Shown: positions 25,046 through 37,557 of the stretch, in pieces
Numbering within the stretch: the first letter of the stretch is position 1
Layout: the number at the start of each line of letters is the position of its first letter
Source of the DNA: Nemertoderma westbladi
Taxonomy: Eukaryota > Animalia > Xenacoelomorpha
DNA length: 64,000 nt
Reading direction: 5' to 3'
NCBI GenBank assembly: GCA_032718475.1
Contig: JAUCBJ010006695.1
Span: 62,001-126,000 of the forward strand
Translations under genes and position numbers: made by a program
Notes under the pieces: generated by a model
Database searches by the model: none
What the model saw: the letters and a program-made list of their open reading frames with translations, nothing else
What the model was told of the DNA's origin: nothing

Positions 25046-28000
25046 TTACGTTATGGAGTCCCTAGATATTTGTCGGATTAGGGAAGTGGTCGTAGGAAGA
25101 GTATCTTGCCTTCCATAGTTTCCGGACAGTTTTTGGTCTCTTTCCAGTAAACATAAACGACCAGCTGGGTGATTGGGTTGTCGTGTTACTTTCTCCGCTC
25201 CCTTGGCCTGTCTACTCTCCGCCGTGGTAAGATGAGGAGGCCATTCATCTTCTTCTTTACTTAGGGAGTCGGGTCCACCTAACCAGCCGGGAGTATCTAT
25301 CCGTTCTTGAGGAGTCGCTCCTCTGGAAGCGATGTCGGCTAGATTAATCATCTCGGGGCGATGTCTCCATTGATCTTCATTGGAGTTAATATCGTCATTA
25401 TCTGAGGAGTATGGTGTTCCCTCAGTTAGTTCGTCCACTTCACTGCTCTCCACTTCCAAACCATTTATCTGGTATAGTCTTTCTGATGGTAGTCTCTCTT
25501 CGAGAGTTCTGCGGGAAGGACCAGTAAAGTACCAACCTACTCTAGTTCTTACCGCATAGGTTTGTAGTGGCTGCGGTTGAGCAGGTCGTTTTTCCAATGT
25601 CTCGAGCGCCTCGTGCGCGTTTTGGCCGATAAGTATTTGCACTCCAGGATAATCCGTCTGGAATCGAGGTATCTTAAGATGTTGGATGCTCTCATCCTCG
25701 TCCCAATTATAAAGGTCTGCTTGGATAGTAGCGAAGTTCTTTATAGCCACCATTTTTACTGACCTTATACTTTGTGCTCCTAATTTATCCTGGGGGGTGG
25801 ACAACGCACCTACATAGTAATCTGCCGTTATGGTAGATTTCCAAACCTGTATAATTCCTGACATATTCAATTTAGTCCGGAACTTGGGTTGTCCAGCAAA
25901 GATATCTTCGGCTAGTTCTTGATCGATGAATGTTCCTGTGCTGCCGGAGTCAAGTAGGGCGTTCACTATGTAACTCTTGTTGGGACCATGAACTCGAACT
26001 TGCACTACAGGAAATTCTCTTATTCCTATGTTGGAAGTTGGAACTTTCCAAGATGGTTGTTTGTCAAAAGGAGTTGGAGTAAACTCGTCAGTGTCCTTTT
26101 CATCCGTAAGTGCTCGATACACTGTGGTATTTATTAGGTAACAGGATTCGTTGGCGTCGGAGAATTCGTCCGTATAGAATCCTTCCCACTCAGAACTTTG
26201 GTCAGTGTCGTTCACATCACTGAATTGGACATGTGATTTGGGCTCACTTACCTGACTCGGGCTGTTTCGTTCGAATTCACTTTGTAACAAGATGTGATGC
26301 TTCGCACCGCACTTTGCACACTTTATGTCGGAGTAACAGGTTCGCCGCTGGTGTCCGCGTCTGAGGCAATTATAGCATAACCGCTTGTCCCACACAACTG
26401 TACGTCTGTCTACAAGGGATTTCTTTAGGAATTCCGCACACGCACTCAAACGGTGGGGCCCGTCGCACAGCGCACAGTTGGGTTTAATGTTACTCACCTT
26501 ATTTGGGGTGACGTTATGCACTCTAGTTCTTTCTTCGGGCTTTCTTCCGAGTACTCTGTTAGGAAACTGAAGAGGAGTCTTAGCAACCTGTTCTCTCCTG
26601 TCATGGGTTCGAGCTTTAGATTTACTTACGTCCTTTGAGGTCTTGTTAACATAGTAAAATTTCTCGGTGTCTTTCCCGCTGTCTTCTTCTTGAGAAGCTT
26701 GGCTTTCGCCGTCATCAGTATAACACACCGGTGTTACTCTTCTCCTAGAAACGGGTTTCTCACTTACCTTATTTTCCGGTGTTTTCTCTCTGGATTGCTT
26801 TAGGAGTTGTAATTTCACTTCGCCATCCAAGAATGACATGAGATCAGCCATGGTAGGGTCTCGTTGTTGTTGTTCCATCGTATATAACACCTTCTTGTCC
26901 CAGCGTGTACCTACTCCACCCTTGGGCAAAGTAGATGCTAAGGCTCCTACAACCATAGAATTCTGGTATTCATGAGACTTACCTAACCAATCTAGTTGTC
27001 TACAGATCTCCTGAATCTCATCGGAAAACTCTATAATCCCGCTGCTAAGAAACTTTCGGGGGGCCATTAATTTCGCATATAAATACCTAGCTATGTTATT
27101 CCTATTACCATACCTGATGTTTAGTGTATCCCAAACTTGTCTTAATCCATCTGGATGTCCAATAAATTTTAACGCCATTGACTTGGGAGGTCCTTCCAAG
27201 CACTCGATGAGGAATCTAAGTTTCTCTCCGTTGGATAACACAGAGTTCTGTATGTTATCTTTATAATATTCATTAAAAGGTAACCATTTCATCTCATCTC
27301 CATTAAACTTGACTATCTCTCCAACCTTTACCGCTTGACGGGCTTCGGTTCTAGCCATTTGACGCGTAAAACTTTCTTGGGCCATCGTGTTATTGAATAT
27401 CGAGTTATCGGTATATAAATTTCTCGGATTATTATCAGGTCTATTGGGAATGTCATTAACAACAGGCGTATAATCACCCTTAATAGGGTTTGCTATAGGA
27501 GTTTCTACTTCACTAGCAGTATAGATGCGTGTAGGCTCCACACCTTGCGCATGTAATACTTCAGACCTAACAGGCTGACACACTGTTACAGGGGTTATTG
27601 GTATTCCCTTTTGTAGGTTGACTAATTTGTCGCATTCTAGTGCGATACTTTGCTGCACTTTTTGCAACTCTAACCTACTTTCCCTTACTGTTCCCTTGAG
27701 CTGCTGAACAGTCTCTTCCATTTCCCTGACCTGCTGAGAGGAGCACAAACAGTGTTCCCTCAGCTGCTCGAGCAGGAGACCCATCTCCCGTCGTCCCTCA
27801 GCTACCCACTCAACCGCCGAAGCGGGAGTCGCCAACGTAGTAGCGGGCGAGCGAGAGACGACGGGCGATAAATTCTTGATACCTCGCTCGGCGTCCAGGA
27901 CGGGTTCGGACTCGGGAACAGTCCTACTGGGCACAGGTAGTTTAGTACTGTACAAAGGGAATTTATAGGCAGTTTCTGGGAGCACAGGTGTCTCTATCAC

Positions 28001-28909
28001 CGAAGGGGTGATTTCAAGAACAGGCCTAATTATTTCAGGCTCATCTACTACAGTAGGGAGTCTTTCTACTGTAATAATTTGGTCTGTGGGTTCTGTACTA
28101 CCTAAGTCTGTGCTAGCTAGTTGCCTTCTCCCAGCTGGGGGCAGATTAGGCAATTTCTGACGGTGAGGCATTCTTCTACGTCTGTTGGAACGAGATCTAT
28201 TTCCTCCGCCTTCAGGATCAGTGGTATCGCCTTCATCAGGTGACGTAACGCTTACGTCCTTCTTCTGAGGTTTCTCTGCCGTCGCTTCGCCTTCCACTTG
28301 AGAAAAGACGGCGTCTGTTGATTCTCCTTGGGTCATGAGCTCGGTTAGCAGAGCTTTCCATCGAGTCGCTGTTTGGACTTTAAGACTCACACGCCAGAAC
28401 AAAGTCTTTACGGCGACCCGCAACGACGTATCTTGGCTTATCCTTGAGACTTTCTCATAGGCTGAAAGAATTAGTCTGATCCACAGAACTCGTTCGCGAA
28501 CTTGATAAAGCAGCTCTTCCTGCTCCCGAGGTCCGTAAGGCCGCTGAAACAGCTGCTCCTCCAATCGCCGCAGAGAGCTGAAGAATCTCTGTGCATATTC
28601 TGCTACCGACCCCTTCCACACAGCCGAATCCCTAGTGTTCCATACCACCCCCATCCTGTACAAGTCCCCCCAGCCAGCTTTCGATAAGTTAAACGGGAGT
28701 CCGGGTCCGGGGAAATTCCATTGCGTCTCGACAATAGACTTCAGTTCCTCCTTCGTGTATCCCGCATAACTATCCTTGGTCGATCGCTCACCTTTCGCCC
28801 AATCCATCTGGTGCTCCTCCACCGCAATCAATACCCTTTTGAGTACGGCTACAGGAAGGATGAGAAGGGGATCCGAACTATCTGACAGTGCTCGTTTTGT
28901 GTCAGACAT
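25046..28909 (-). CDS. BEL/Pao Gag-aspartic protease polyprotein (1287 aa) with vestigial RNase H and integrase C-terminal peptides
   Basis: DUF1759-like Gag (KFNGDEMKWLPF...KLRFLIECLEG); triple Cys-His knuckles CALCDGPHRLSAC / CYNCLRRGHQRRTC / CAKCGAKHHILL; protease ALLDSGST; remnants WRH...NLADIASRG...W.GGP..L...WP and HPAGRLCLLE. No RT YxDD or integrase core. Confidence 0.9.
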   Translation of the reverse strand: MSDTKRALSDSSDPLLILPVAVLKRVLIAVEEHQMDWAKGERSTKDSYAGYTKEELKSIVETQWNFPGPGLPFNLSKAGWGDLYRMGVVWNTRDSAVWKGSVAEYAQRFFSSLRRLEEQLFQRPYGPREQEELLYQVRERVLWIRLILSAYEKVSRISQDTSLRVAVKTLFWRVSLKVQTATRWKALLTELMTQGESTDAVFSQVEGEATAEKPQKKDVSVTSPDEGDTTDPEGGGNRSRSNRRRRMPHRQKLPNLPPAGRRQLASTDLGSTEPTDQIITVERLPTVVDEPEIIRPVLEITPSVIETPVLPETAYKFPLYSTKLPVPSRTVPESEPVLDAERGIKNLSPVVSRSPATTLATPASAVEWVAEGRREMGLLLEQLREHCLCSSQQVREMEETVQQLKGTVRESRLELQKVQQSIALECDKLVNLQKGIPITPVTVCQPVRSEVLHAQGVEPTRIYTASEVETPIANPIKGDYTPVVNDIPNRPDNNPRNLYTDNSIFNNTMAQESFTRQMARTEARQAVKVGEIVKFNGDEMKWLPFNEYYKDNIQNSVLSNGEKLRFLIECLEGPPKSMALKFIGHPDGLRQVWDTLNIRYGNRNNIARYLYAKLMAPRKFLSSGIIEFSDEIQEICRQLDWLGKSHEYQNSMVVGALASTLPKGGVGTRWDKKVLYTMEQQQRDPTMADLMSFLDGEVKLQLLKQSREKTPENKVSEKPVSRRRVTPVCYTDDGESQASQEEDSGKDTEKFYYVNKTSKDVSKSKARTHDRREQVAKTPLQFPNRVLGRKPEERTRVHNVTPNKVSNIKPNCALCDGPHRLSACAEFLKKSLVDRRTVVWDKRLCYNCLRRGHQRRTCYSDIKCAKCGAKHHILLQSEFERNSPSQVSEPKSHVQFSDVNDTDQSSEWEGFYTDEFSDANESCYLINTTVYRALTDEKDTDEFTPTPFDKQPSWKVPTSNIGIREFPVVQVRVHGPNKSYIVNALLDSGSTGTFIDQELAEDIFAGQPKFRTKLNMSGIIQVWKSTITADYYVGALSTPQDKLGAQSIRSVKMVAIKNFATIQADLYNWDEDESIQHLKIPRFQTDYPGVQILIGQNAHEALETLEKRPAQPQPLQTYAVRTRVGWYFTGPSRRTLEERLPSERLYQINGLEVESSEVDELTEGTPYSSDNDDINSNEDQWRHRPEMINLADIASRGATPQERIDTPGWLGGPDSLSKEEDEWPPHLTTAESRQAKGAEKVTRQPNHPAGRLCLLERDQKLSGNYGRQDTLPTTTSLIRQISRDSIT

Positions 28910-31202
28910 GTTTGATTGTACAGTTGAATGCCTACTGCTATATTACAGTCAAAGCAAGTCCAGTAATTCAGTATCACTGTTAGCCTAGTACCGGTAATTA
29001 ATTACAATATATTAGAATACCGGTATACACTTATAGTATATATAAGTATTGTAAACTAGGTTTGTCACAGAGTACCGGTATATAATTTTAGCACAAATAT
29101 ATATAAATATATAATAGGCCTATCGTGAATACCGGTATACAGCTTACACTGATAGTATATATAAGTATAATTATGGACTAGAATTAATTACAGAGTACCG
29201 GTATGATTTCAGCTCAAATTTATAGAAATAAATATAATAAGCCTATGGTAAATACTGGTATGTCAATTATTTTAGAATAATTGAATTTCTGAATATTTTA
29301 GGGTTACTTGGTTACTTTAACTTACTTTATTACCGTTATTTAAGCAGTAGTCCAACTGATATTGAGACCTAGTTGTTGTATGGCAGGCCTACTATTTATA
29401 AATCGTTTGAGTTGATTTATAATATTTATATACCCGTTTAAAATGGGTTTTTGTCAATATTTGAAATAAATGTTATTATTTCTGGGGGAGTCACTACACA
29501 GAAGCTGTGCGCTCTCAGTGAAGTGTTACTTATTGAGACACTAAAACAGATAATTCTACTGGCCTAAGTTACTTATCTACAAATTACTTACGATACGGGT
29601 GAGATTAATTCTCTAATTAAACACAACAAAAATATTACGTACGAAATTTTTAGGGTAATTTTACAGGAAATCTACAAACCAGCCTAACAAAGGGTTAGAT
29701 CGGCTTCTTACAACGAACAGGGTACTACGGTATTTGAAATAATAAGTAGTAAATATATTGTACTGTCCAGATAGGAAAATACCACCGCCTGACGACCTAT
29801 AACCGTATCGCTATAGGTACTACGTTATGTATCACGGATTGTTCCTACCCAGAAGCTAATAGAGCTAACGAATGTGCCTATCAACCACTTTACAACACAA
29901 AAATACTGCCTACACTAATTACTTCGGAAGGCACTGTACTCTAAACCCTAAATTAGGTACAAGTACCGGTATAACAAATAATCAGTAGTTAAATATACTT
30001 GAACAGTTAAAAGAACCACGGCATCTGCTGGAGTGACCGAAGCACAAAGTCGTCAGTCTTTACCTACGCCAAGCAGCCCTGATGTAGTACCGGGGTTAGT
30101 TTAACTATAACGGTATGTATAACAAGCACAATTACTGTAGGAATAAACTTGGGGACATGAATGTTGCGAATAATCGCATAAACTCTGAATAATAAATATT
30201 ACGCTACCCGTACAGAATACTCAAACAAATACAAACCAAACGCTGGCAGACTACTATCAAGCCTAAACAAACTACTGTATGTGCAGATTCTGAAACTGTT
30301 AGTTAGTATGCGTGCTAACACGGTAGTACGACTTACTCTTTAAGAGGGGATTGACCTTACAGTGTTGACTGCCCCAACTTACTAACGGCACTTGATCAGA
30401 CCAACTCTACACACGCAGCAATCCCTTCAGACCCAAAAAATAGCTAGACAACAATCCAGCCTACAAATATTTGAGTAATAACTATTACGGTACCTGAACA
30501 GACCACACAAACAAACACAGGCTAAAACACTGGCAGACTACGATCAAGCCTAGATAAACTACAGTATATGCAGACTCTGAAACTGTTAGTTAGTATGCGT
30601 GCTAACACGGTAGTACGACTTACTCTTTAAGAGGGGATTGACCTTACAGTTATGACTGCCCCAACTTACTAACGGCACTTTATCAGACAAACTCTACACA
30701 CGCCGCAATCTCTCCAAACTCAACCACAGTCAGACAGCAGCTCAGCCTACAATTATCTGAACAATCTGAGCAGGGTCACACGCCTTCTGCTCAATATTAG
30801 CCTACTAGGAAATAAAACCGACAGAAATAGGTAAAATCTCAATAAAAATTCAGGGCTGCAGTCCCTGATTAAGTACTAAGACCTACCAGTATACAATAAT
30901 CAAATCGAATAATACTAAATGTACTTGTACAGCAGTACCGGTACCGGTGATGACAGTTAGGCCTACTGACCTACAAAGTACCGGTTCAGTTTTACCGGTC
31001 ACTACGGTATTTTGCAACCTTATTGCCTACTGCAATAAGATTGTAAACTGTTACTGTTCAACAGAACAGTATTTTACTGTATTTAATGCCTACACTTGCA
31101 ACCTTATTGCTTACTGCAATAAGATTATAAACTGTTACTGTTCGACAGAACAGTATTAAACTGTATTTAATGCTTACACTGCAATACAATATAAACTGTT
31201 AC

Positions 31203-32432
31203 TGTTCGCGCTTTCGAAGACCTTTAGCAGTTTAACCTGCCAAATTTTATATGTCTTTTAGTTAATTAAAACCACTTTAGCATACGACAATAATTTATGC
31301 TAATACGCAAAACATTAGCCGAAATCAGCCCATGCGCGATCATTCACCCGATGGATCTACACCCGGGAGACTGAATTCGGATGCTTGAATTGTATTATTA
31401 CAGTGTAAGGTTGCAGTGTAAACTTACTGTATTATTCGATAGATCGTTAATAATTAATCTCTGACAGGTATTATTGGCTTTCGGGAAATATTAACAGTTC
31501 CTTTAGGACGTGGCGCTTTATCTATTTAAACAGAACTAGGACTTATACTAAACGCAACGATACTGCTTGGGATTGAAGTATAAAGCGTATTCTTTAGGAA
31601 ATACTTTGTTACCAATCACAATCATACACACTATTCTGCCGACAGTCAGTACATTTGATCACACATAAAGAGAGCAGTAATTGACTCACGTAGGGTCTGC
31701 TAAATAACATTGGATTCAATACACACCACATTAATATAAATCGCAATTGTTATATATAGCCGGTCTCTCTAACCTGTAGTGTTATCAAGAAAATTGGGAA
31801 TTGGGTGATTTATCCGTATTATCCAAATAGCAATATTTCCATCAACAAATATTTACAATTAATAACTGACGGTAAAATAACAGTACAAACAATATGATTA
31901 ATGAGTTAGGTGATATTCGATTCGTGAGATTAGGTAACAGTTTATACTTTCGATAATTCAAGCAGTTTACGGTACAGCAGTATCTATCCAAAAATGCCGG
32001 TGTTTCTGGCTTAGACAGCAATAACAACAAAGTAACAAGAAAAAACAGTAAGACTGAACACTCTCCTTATGATCGGCAGAAAAGCTACACGTCGACAGGA
32101 AAAACCGCCCTGATTGGCCCAAGCCAAACAAAGAACCACGCGGCCAATGGCTGTTTCCATGTCAGCAACCAGCTGCTAGATGTCGTAATATGAATCATCA
32201 CGGCTAAACTGTGAAAGGTGGTTGATGCATTACAAGTTTTTTGTCTTACCATGTCCGCTAAAACACGTATATAGCAGAATGATTTTTATGTCCGTTAAAA
32301 CACCTGTAAAGGTACCTTGCGGGCGAGGGGAATATATATACAGTTAGAAAACCTTTTTAGAGTATTCCAGCGCCTGGGGGAGAACTGGCCAGCAAAGGCA
32401 AACGTATCAGTTATCCCACAAAAGCTTTTACA
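31203..32432 (-). repeat. 5' LTR of the BEL/Pao element
   Basis: Direct repeat of 20806-22035, same length. Confidence 0.93.
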
Positions 32433-33116
32433 ATAATAACAGAGAATGCAGTAATCAGTAATGTACGGTTCTGAAATAAAATGTCTACAATGTGACCGAC
32501 CGCCGGAATTCAAATCTGCCTCCAATTTAATCATATTTCGGTTAATTAGGATTTCCCTTAAATAATTTATGGTCAAAAATTTGCAATTTCTGGTGAAAAT
32601 ATACAAGATGTCATAAAGCCACAGGCCATAAAATAATTATGGCGAAACACCTAATGTTGTTTATGAAAACTTAACTTAATCATACGGTGAAATTTATTCG
32701 TGATCATGTTAAGGTGATTTACCATATAGAATACGGCCAATTTATGTGGCATTAACTAAGATAAGGTAGTTCACTGAATCATTTTTTACAGTGTAGCATT
32801 GCAGGTAGGACACCATTACGTGGCTCCTAATATGTTTCAATTATGTTCCAATTTTGTTTCAACTAACAGAGACGACATACTAGTGGCAGTACGCGCGCAC
32901 AGATGTCTACTGTCTCCAAAAACTCCAAACTAATGAAGCTACAGCACGAACTAAACTGTCGCTGTAGGATTGCGGTGGAAATGAAAACGGTATTGATACA
33001 CAGGAGGGTCACAGCCTTAGCCTTAAATATGTGAAACCTGGAGTGTTATAAAGCTTTAAGGTGATAGTAGGTCGGAAGCATACGAGTATTTTTTTGAACT
33101 GAGAATCATTCCTCAG

Positions 33117-34196
33117 GGGTAAATCTTTTCGACCTAGTTTGTAGTAGTTTGTAACTTCCATTCCTGTCATTTACCGGTAGGGCCAGACTTACTGCCTTTT
33201 TAACAACTACGCGTAGGTGTTTTAAAACTACGCGTAGTTATTTTGGAACTACGCGTAGGTATTTTGAAACTACGCGTAGGTGCTACGCGTAGCTACGCGT
33301 AGGTGCTACGCGTAGCAGTCCTGATAACAATGATTTTTCATTTCAGGTCCGGTAGGGTTGAGTTGTTAGGCAAGTATCGGTATATGTCAGGTATCTGATT
33401 ATCAGACAAATGTAATAACAGAATCGGAAACTCATATCTCTACATACAGCACTGGTAATAAATAATATTCGTAAACTTGAAATTCACGTCTCGGGATTCA
33501 AGTATCTTTGTTTCCATTGGATTATTTAAATATTGAATAGTAGTAAATAAAGCGACCAGTCTACCGGTGAAGAGGTTAAGCGAAAGCTGATAAATACTGC
33601 ATATAATCAAATTGTTTGGTCAAATGACAAGTGCAACCAATCATGGTAGACAATTTAGTCTCCCCCTTCCCTTGTCAAGGGGTTAACATATTAAATACAG
33701 TATATCCTTGCCCTATCGTGAACAAAGGCAATAAAAAGCATAGAGAATCGATAAGAACCATCGGCCTATTTCCTTTGTAAACTATTTTTGAACTCTAAAC
33801 ATTAATCATTAACACATTTTACCGCCCGCAACGCATGAAGTGAAGAATATGTAGTTTTCGCGTATTCCTCTATATAGAGTATACAGGTATAGGATACATT
33901 ACTGTTGAAAGCATTTGATGGTTGTGGGTTGTTTATTGAACATACCGTATTGTGTCTTATTTTAGTACTGACTCGCTTGGAATACGTAAGCCTACTAATG
34001 ATAAACGACGTATAGGCATAGTTATGGGTAGCACCTATGCGTAGGTCGCGTAGGACCTACGCGTAGCTACGCGTAGCACCTACGCGTAGTTATTGTTAAA
34101 ACTCTGAAACTGGTGATATATGACCCAATGTTGCGAACTACGCGTAGCTACGCGTAGCTACGCGTAGGCCTACGCGTAGGTCGAAAAGATTTACCC
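33117..34196. mobile_element. Non-autonomous TIR element, Merlin-like termini
   Basis: TIR GGGTAAATCTTTTCGACCTA at both ends; 8-bp TSD TTCCTCAG (33109-33116, 34197-34204); subterminal clusters of palindromic CTACGCGTAG. Superfamily inferred from GG termini plus 8-bp TSD. Confidence 0.85.
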
Positions 34197-35309
34197 TTCC
34201 TCAGTCAAGTAATCTTTGGGATTATGCATGTGTAAAGTCTTTACAATAAATATCACAAAGTTTAGTTTTTTAGCAGATAAGAAGGTCAGTAAAGTACAGT
34301 AATTAATTGTACAGTAATTGATACCATTTCAGAAATGGAAAGAATTTATAAACGTTTGACAGACTACATTTACATGTGCACTAAGTTTGGTTACATTTCC
34401 TCAATGATTGGCAGACTTATTTCAGTTTTTATCAAAATTCTGAAACTATCGGTACCAACAGACAGACTGTCTGATATGTGACCTTTGATTCCTTAAACCT
34501 CAAATTCGTTCTATACTTTTAACAGACTGCATACGTACCAAGTTTGGTTTAATTTTATCAATAATGACTGAGTTATTAGCGAACAAATATTACACCATGT
34601 CCTGGAATAGTGTCGTTATTCAGGTACCTGCCCCCCCCCCCCCCCCCCCCCCCCCACCAAATTTTTATATAAATCTTAATGAGATTGCGAGATATTATTG
34701 TATATTGGATAGTATTTATTAAATAGAATAAATTTTGCATCCACATCTTGGTTGAAAAATACTTAGTTGCACTTTATTACTGTATCACTAATTATCCAGA
34801 ACTTAGGCCTACTGTTAGATTAAGTGTAAGAGACCATTTCGACCATAAAATTCGTACAGGTTCCGTACTTTACCTAGCAATGTCCCATACTATACCACAC
34901 AAACCACGCTGTAAAAAATTAGCAATGTAGCAATTCGTCTGATATTTATATTTTTATTTAAGCTTAATTAATAATACAGCTTTTTATCATAAGCATCAAC
35001 TCAACACCGTCCCTGCGCACAATTCGCTAAACATTAGAATTCGAATCATAAAATAAAGAAAACTATTTCATACAAATCCGTACTTTACTTAGACAAGCTA
35101 GTGTTTTCTCAAAAGTGACTAAGTCCCTCCATAATCTTAGCGAAATCAAAGCTGACATTCGAAAGTTTAATCCAAGCATAAGTTTGTGCACATATGTGCT
35201 GTGCTGAATAACATTGTAGGGCCTACAGGCAATCAAAGTTCAAAATTGTGTACGAATGTCCCGTACTTTACGTTGGAATGAGCCGAATGTTCAAAAATAT
35301 CTATAATAT

Positions 35310-37076
35310 TGAGAGTTAAACAAATATCGAGATCGAGAGTAAAAATATCGAGATTAAAAATGTCGAGAGTAAAAATATCGAGATTAAAAATATCGAGAGT
35401 AAAAATATCGAGTGTTGAAAAATATCGAGAGTACAGTAGAAATATTAGAGTAAAAAATATCGAGAGTAAAAATATCGAGAGTAAAAATATCGAGATTAAA
35501 AATATCGAGAGTAAAAATATCGAGTGTTGAAAAATATCGAGAGTAAAAATATCGAGAGTACAGTAGAAATATTAGAGTAAAAAATATCGAGTGTAAAAAT
35601 ATCGAGAGTAAAAATAGTGAGAGTAAAAATATCGAGAGTAAAAATATCGAGATTAAAAATATCGAGAGAAAAATATCGAGTGTAAAAATATCGAGAGTAA
35701 AAATATCGAGATTAAAAATATCGAGAGTAAAAATATCGAGTGTAAAAATATCGAGAGTAAAAAATATCGAGAGTAAAAATATCGAGAGTAAAAATATCGA
35801 GATTAAAAATATCGAGAGTAAAAATATCGAGTGTAAAAATATCGAGAGTAAAAATATCGAGAGTAGAAATATTGATATTAACCCGCCGAAAACAGTTTGA
35901 ATCAGGTTACACCCAGGACCGTTTGGGTCAAATTGACCCACGGTATATTATTGATAATATTATCAATCAAAATGACCAAAAGTGAGGTTTTATCAGTGTG
36001 GAAACTCATTTGCGACTTACGGGCAAGTTACTTAGGCTATTTACATCCGATTTGGTTTCAATAACGAGCGTAGCGAGTGACACAACGAAACGAGGGTTTC
36101 TCATTTTGTTCAAATATGAACTGTACATAGAAATGTTGACAACTCCACCTGAACAAGCGTGTATATCAATATGAGTTTCATAATATTATTCACTTAAGTA
36201 CTTAGACTATTTACATCAAACTGGGATTGATTAACGAGCGAAGCGAGTGACACAAAAACCGAGTCCACTTTAATTGAATAATTATTTGCATACAATGAGA
36301 AAACATTTGAGTGGCGCTGATTACTTGATTTTGGGTCAATTTGACCCAAACGGTCCTCGGCGGGTTAATAATATCGAGAGTAAAAATATCGAGAGTAAAA
36401 ATATAGAGATTAAAAATATCGAGAGTAAAAATATCGAGAGTAAAAATATCGAGAGGAAAAATATCGAGAGTAAAAATATCGAGTGTTGAAAAATATCGAG
36501 AGTAAAAATATCGAGAGTAAAAATATCTAGAGTAGAAAAATCGATATTAATAATATCGAGAGTAAAAATATCAAGAGTAACATTTTTTTAATACGGGATA
36601 CGGGTTGTATGGTAATTTTTTTCTTAAAAATGTTCTAGAACAAAAAAATGTCTTCTAGAACAAAAATATTTATCAAAATTGGTAGCTTACACGTATTCTA
36701 TAATATTTATAAAAAAATGTAAAAAAAAAACTAGCTAGTATAAAAAATTTAAAATGTGATCTAGAACCAAATATATGTGTTCTAGAACAAAAATATTTAT
36801 CAAAATTGATAGCTACAGTAGCACATCTATAATATTTATAAAAAAATAGCAAAAACTAGCTAGTATAAAAAATATGGTCAATGGTCAATATATTAACGTC
36901 ATTTATTTGCACTTGCACTGTTGTACCATTATTATTGTGCCATTATTAATTCTAAATAAAATGTTCACATTTTTACTCGCAATATTTTTCTCCTCTATAT
37001 TTTAATCTCGATATTTTTACTCTCGATATTTTTTAATCGCGATATTTTTCAAATCTCGATATTTTTTACCAATACC
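35310..37076. mobile_element. Foldback-like element with 15-16-bp minisatellite arms (AAAAATATCGAGAGT)n, left end unclear
   Basis: Direct array 35310-36580 and inverted copies (ACTCTCGATATTTTT) at 36970-37070; no TSD found. Confidence 0.65.
35882..36364. mobile_element. piggyBac-like MITE nested in the minisatellite
   Basis: TTAA on both sides (35878-35881, 36365-36368); CCC...GGG termini; TIR CCCGCCGA(...)GGACCGTTTGGGTCAAATTGACCCA, with a ~25-bp insertion in the left copy. Confidence 0.85.
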
Positions 37077-37557
37077 TCTCCCATATTTTATTGTTTGTAT
37101 TCCTTTGGAAGTAATATTTTGACAGGTATCTACTACAACATAAGCCTTATAAAATGTTGTACCGTAGTAGATAGATACTGTACCTGCCAACTAAAGCAGC
37201 TACTGTATATTAGTTTGAGAGAGCGCTCACTCATGTGACGTTTAAGTTGAAATGGTGAAGAAGTTTATATACTAGAAAGCTTATATATACCAGAAAGTTT
37301 ATATACTAAAATTCAATAAAATATTTTGGTCAGAAGCTTTGCTATGTCGGCAATGACGTCCAGAGGTGTGAAGGAACTGGTGACCTCCGTGTTGACTGAT
37401 TAGAATAATATGAAACTACTCATTCACCCAAAACACCAATAATAATAAATTATAAAATTTGTGAAACTCATTCCCTTAAGACAAATAAATCTTCATCATT
37501 GTCTTTTTGCGATAGTACTGTATGAAGGAAGTTAATATTTGTTATTAAATATAAAAT

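Larger units (their letters stand above)
20806..32432 (-). mobile_element. BEL/Pao LTR retrotransposon, non-autonomous (Gag-protease only), recent insertion
   Basis: TG...CA LTRs of 1230 bp at 20806-22035 and 31203-32432 that look identical; 5-bp TSD ATAAT (20801-20805, 32433-32437); short purine tract GGGAGCGG before the 3' LTR on the minus strand. Confidence 0.95.
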
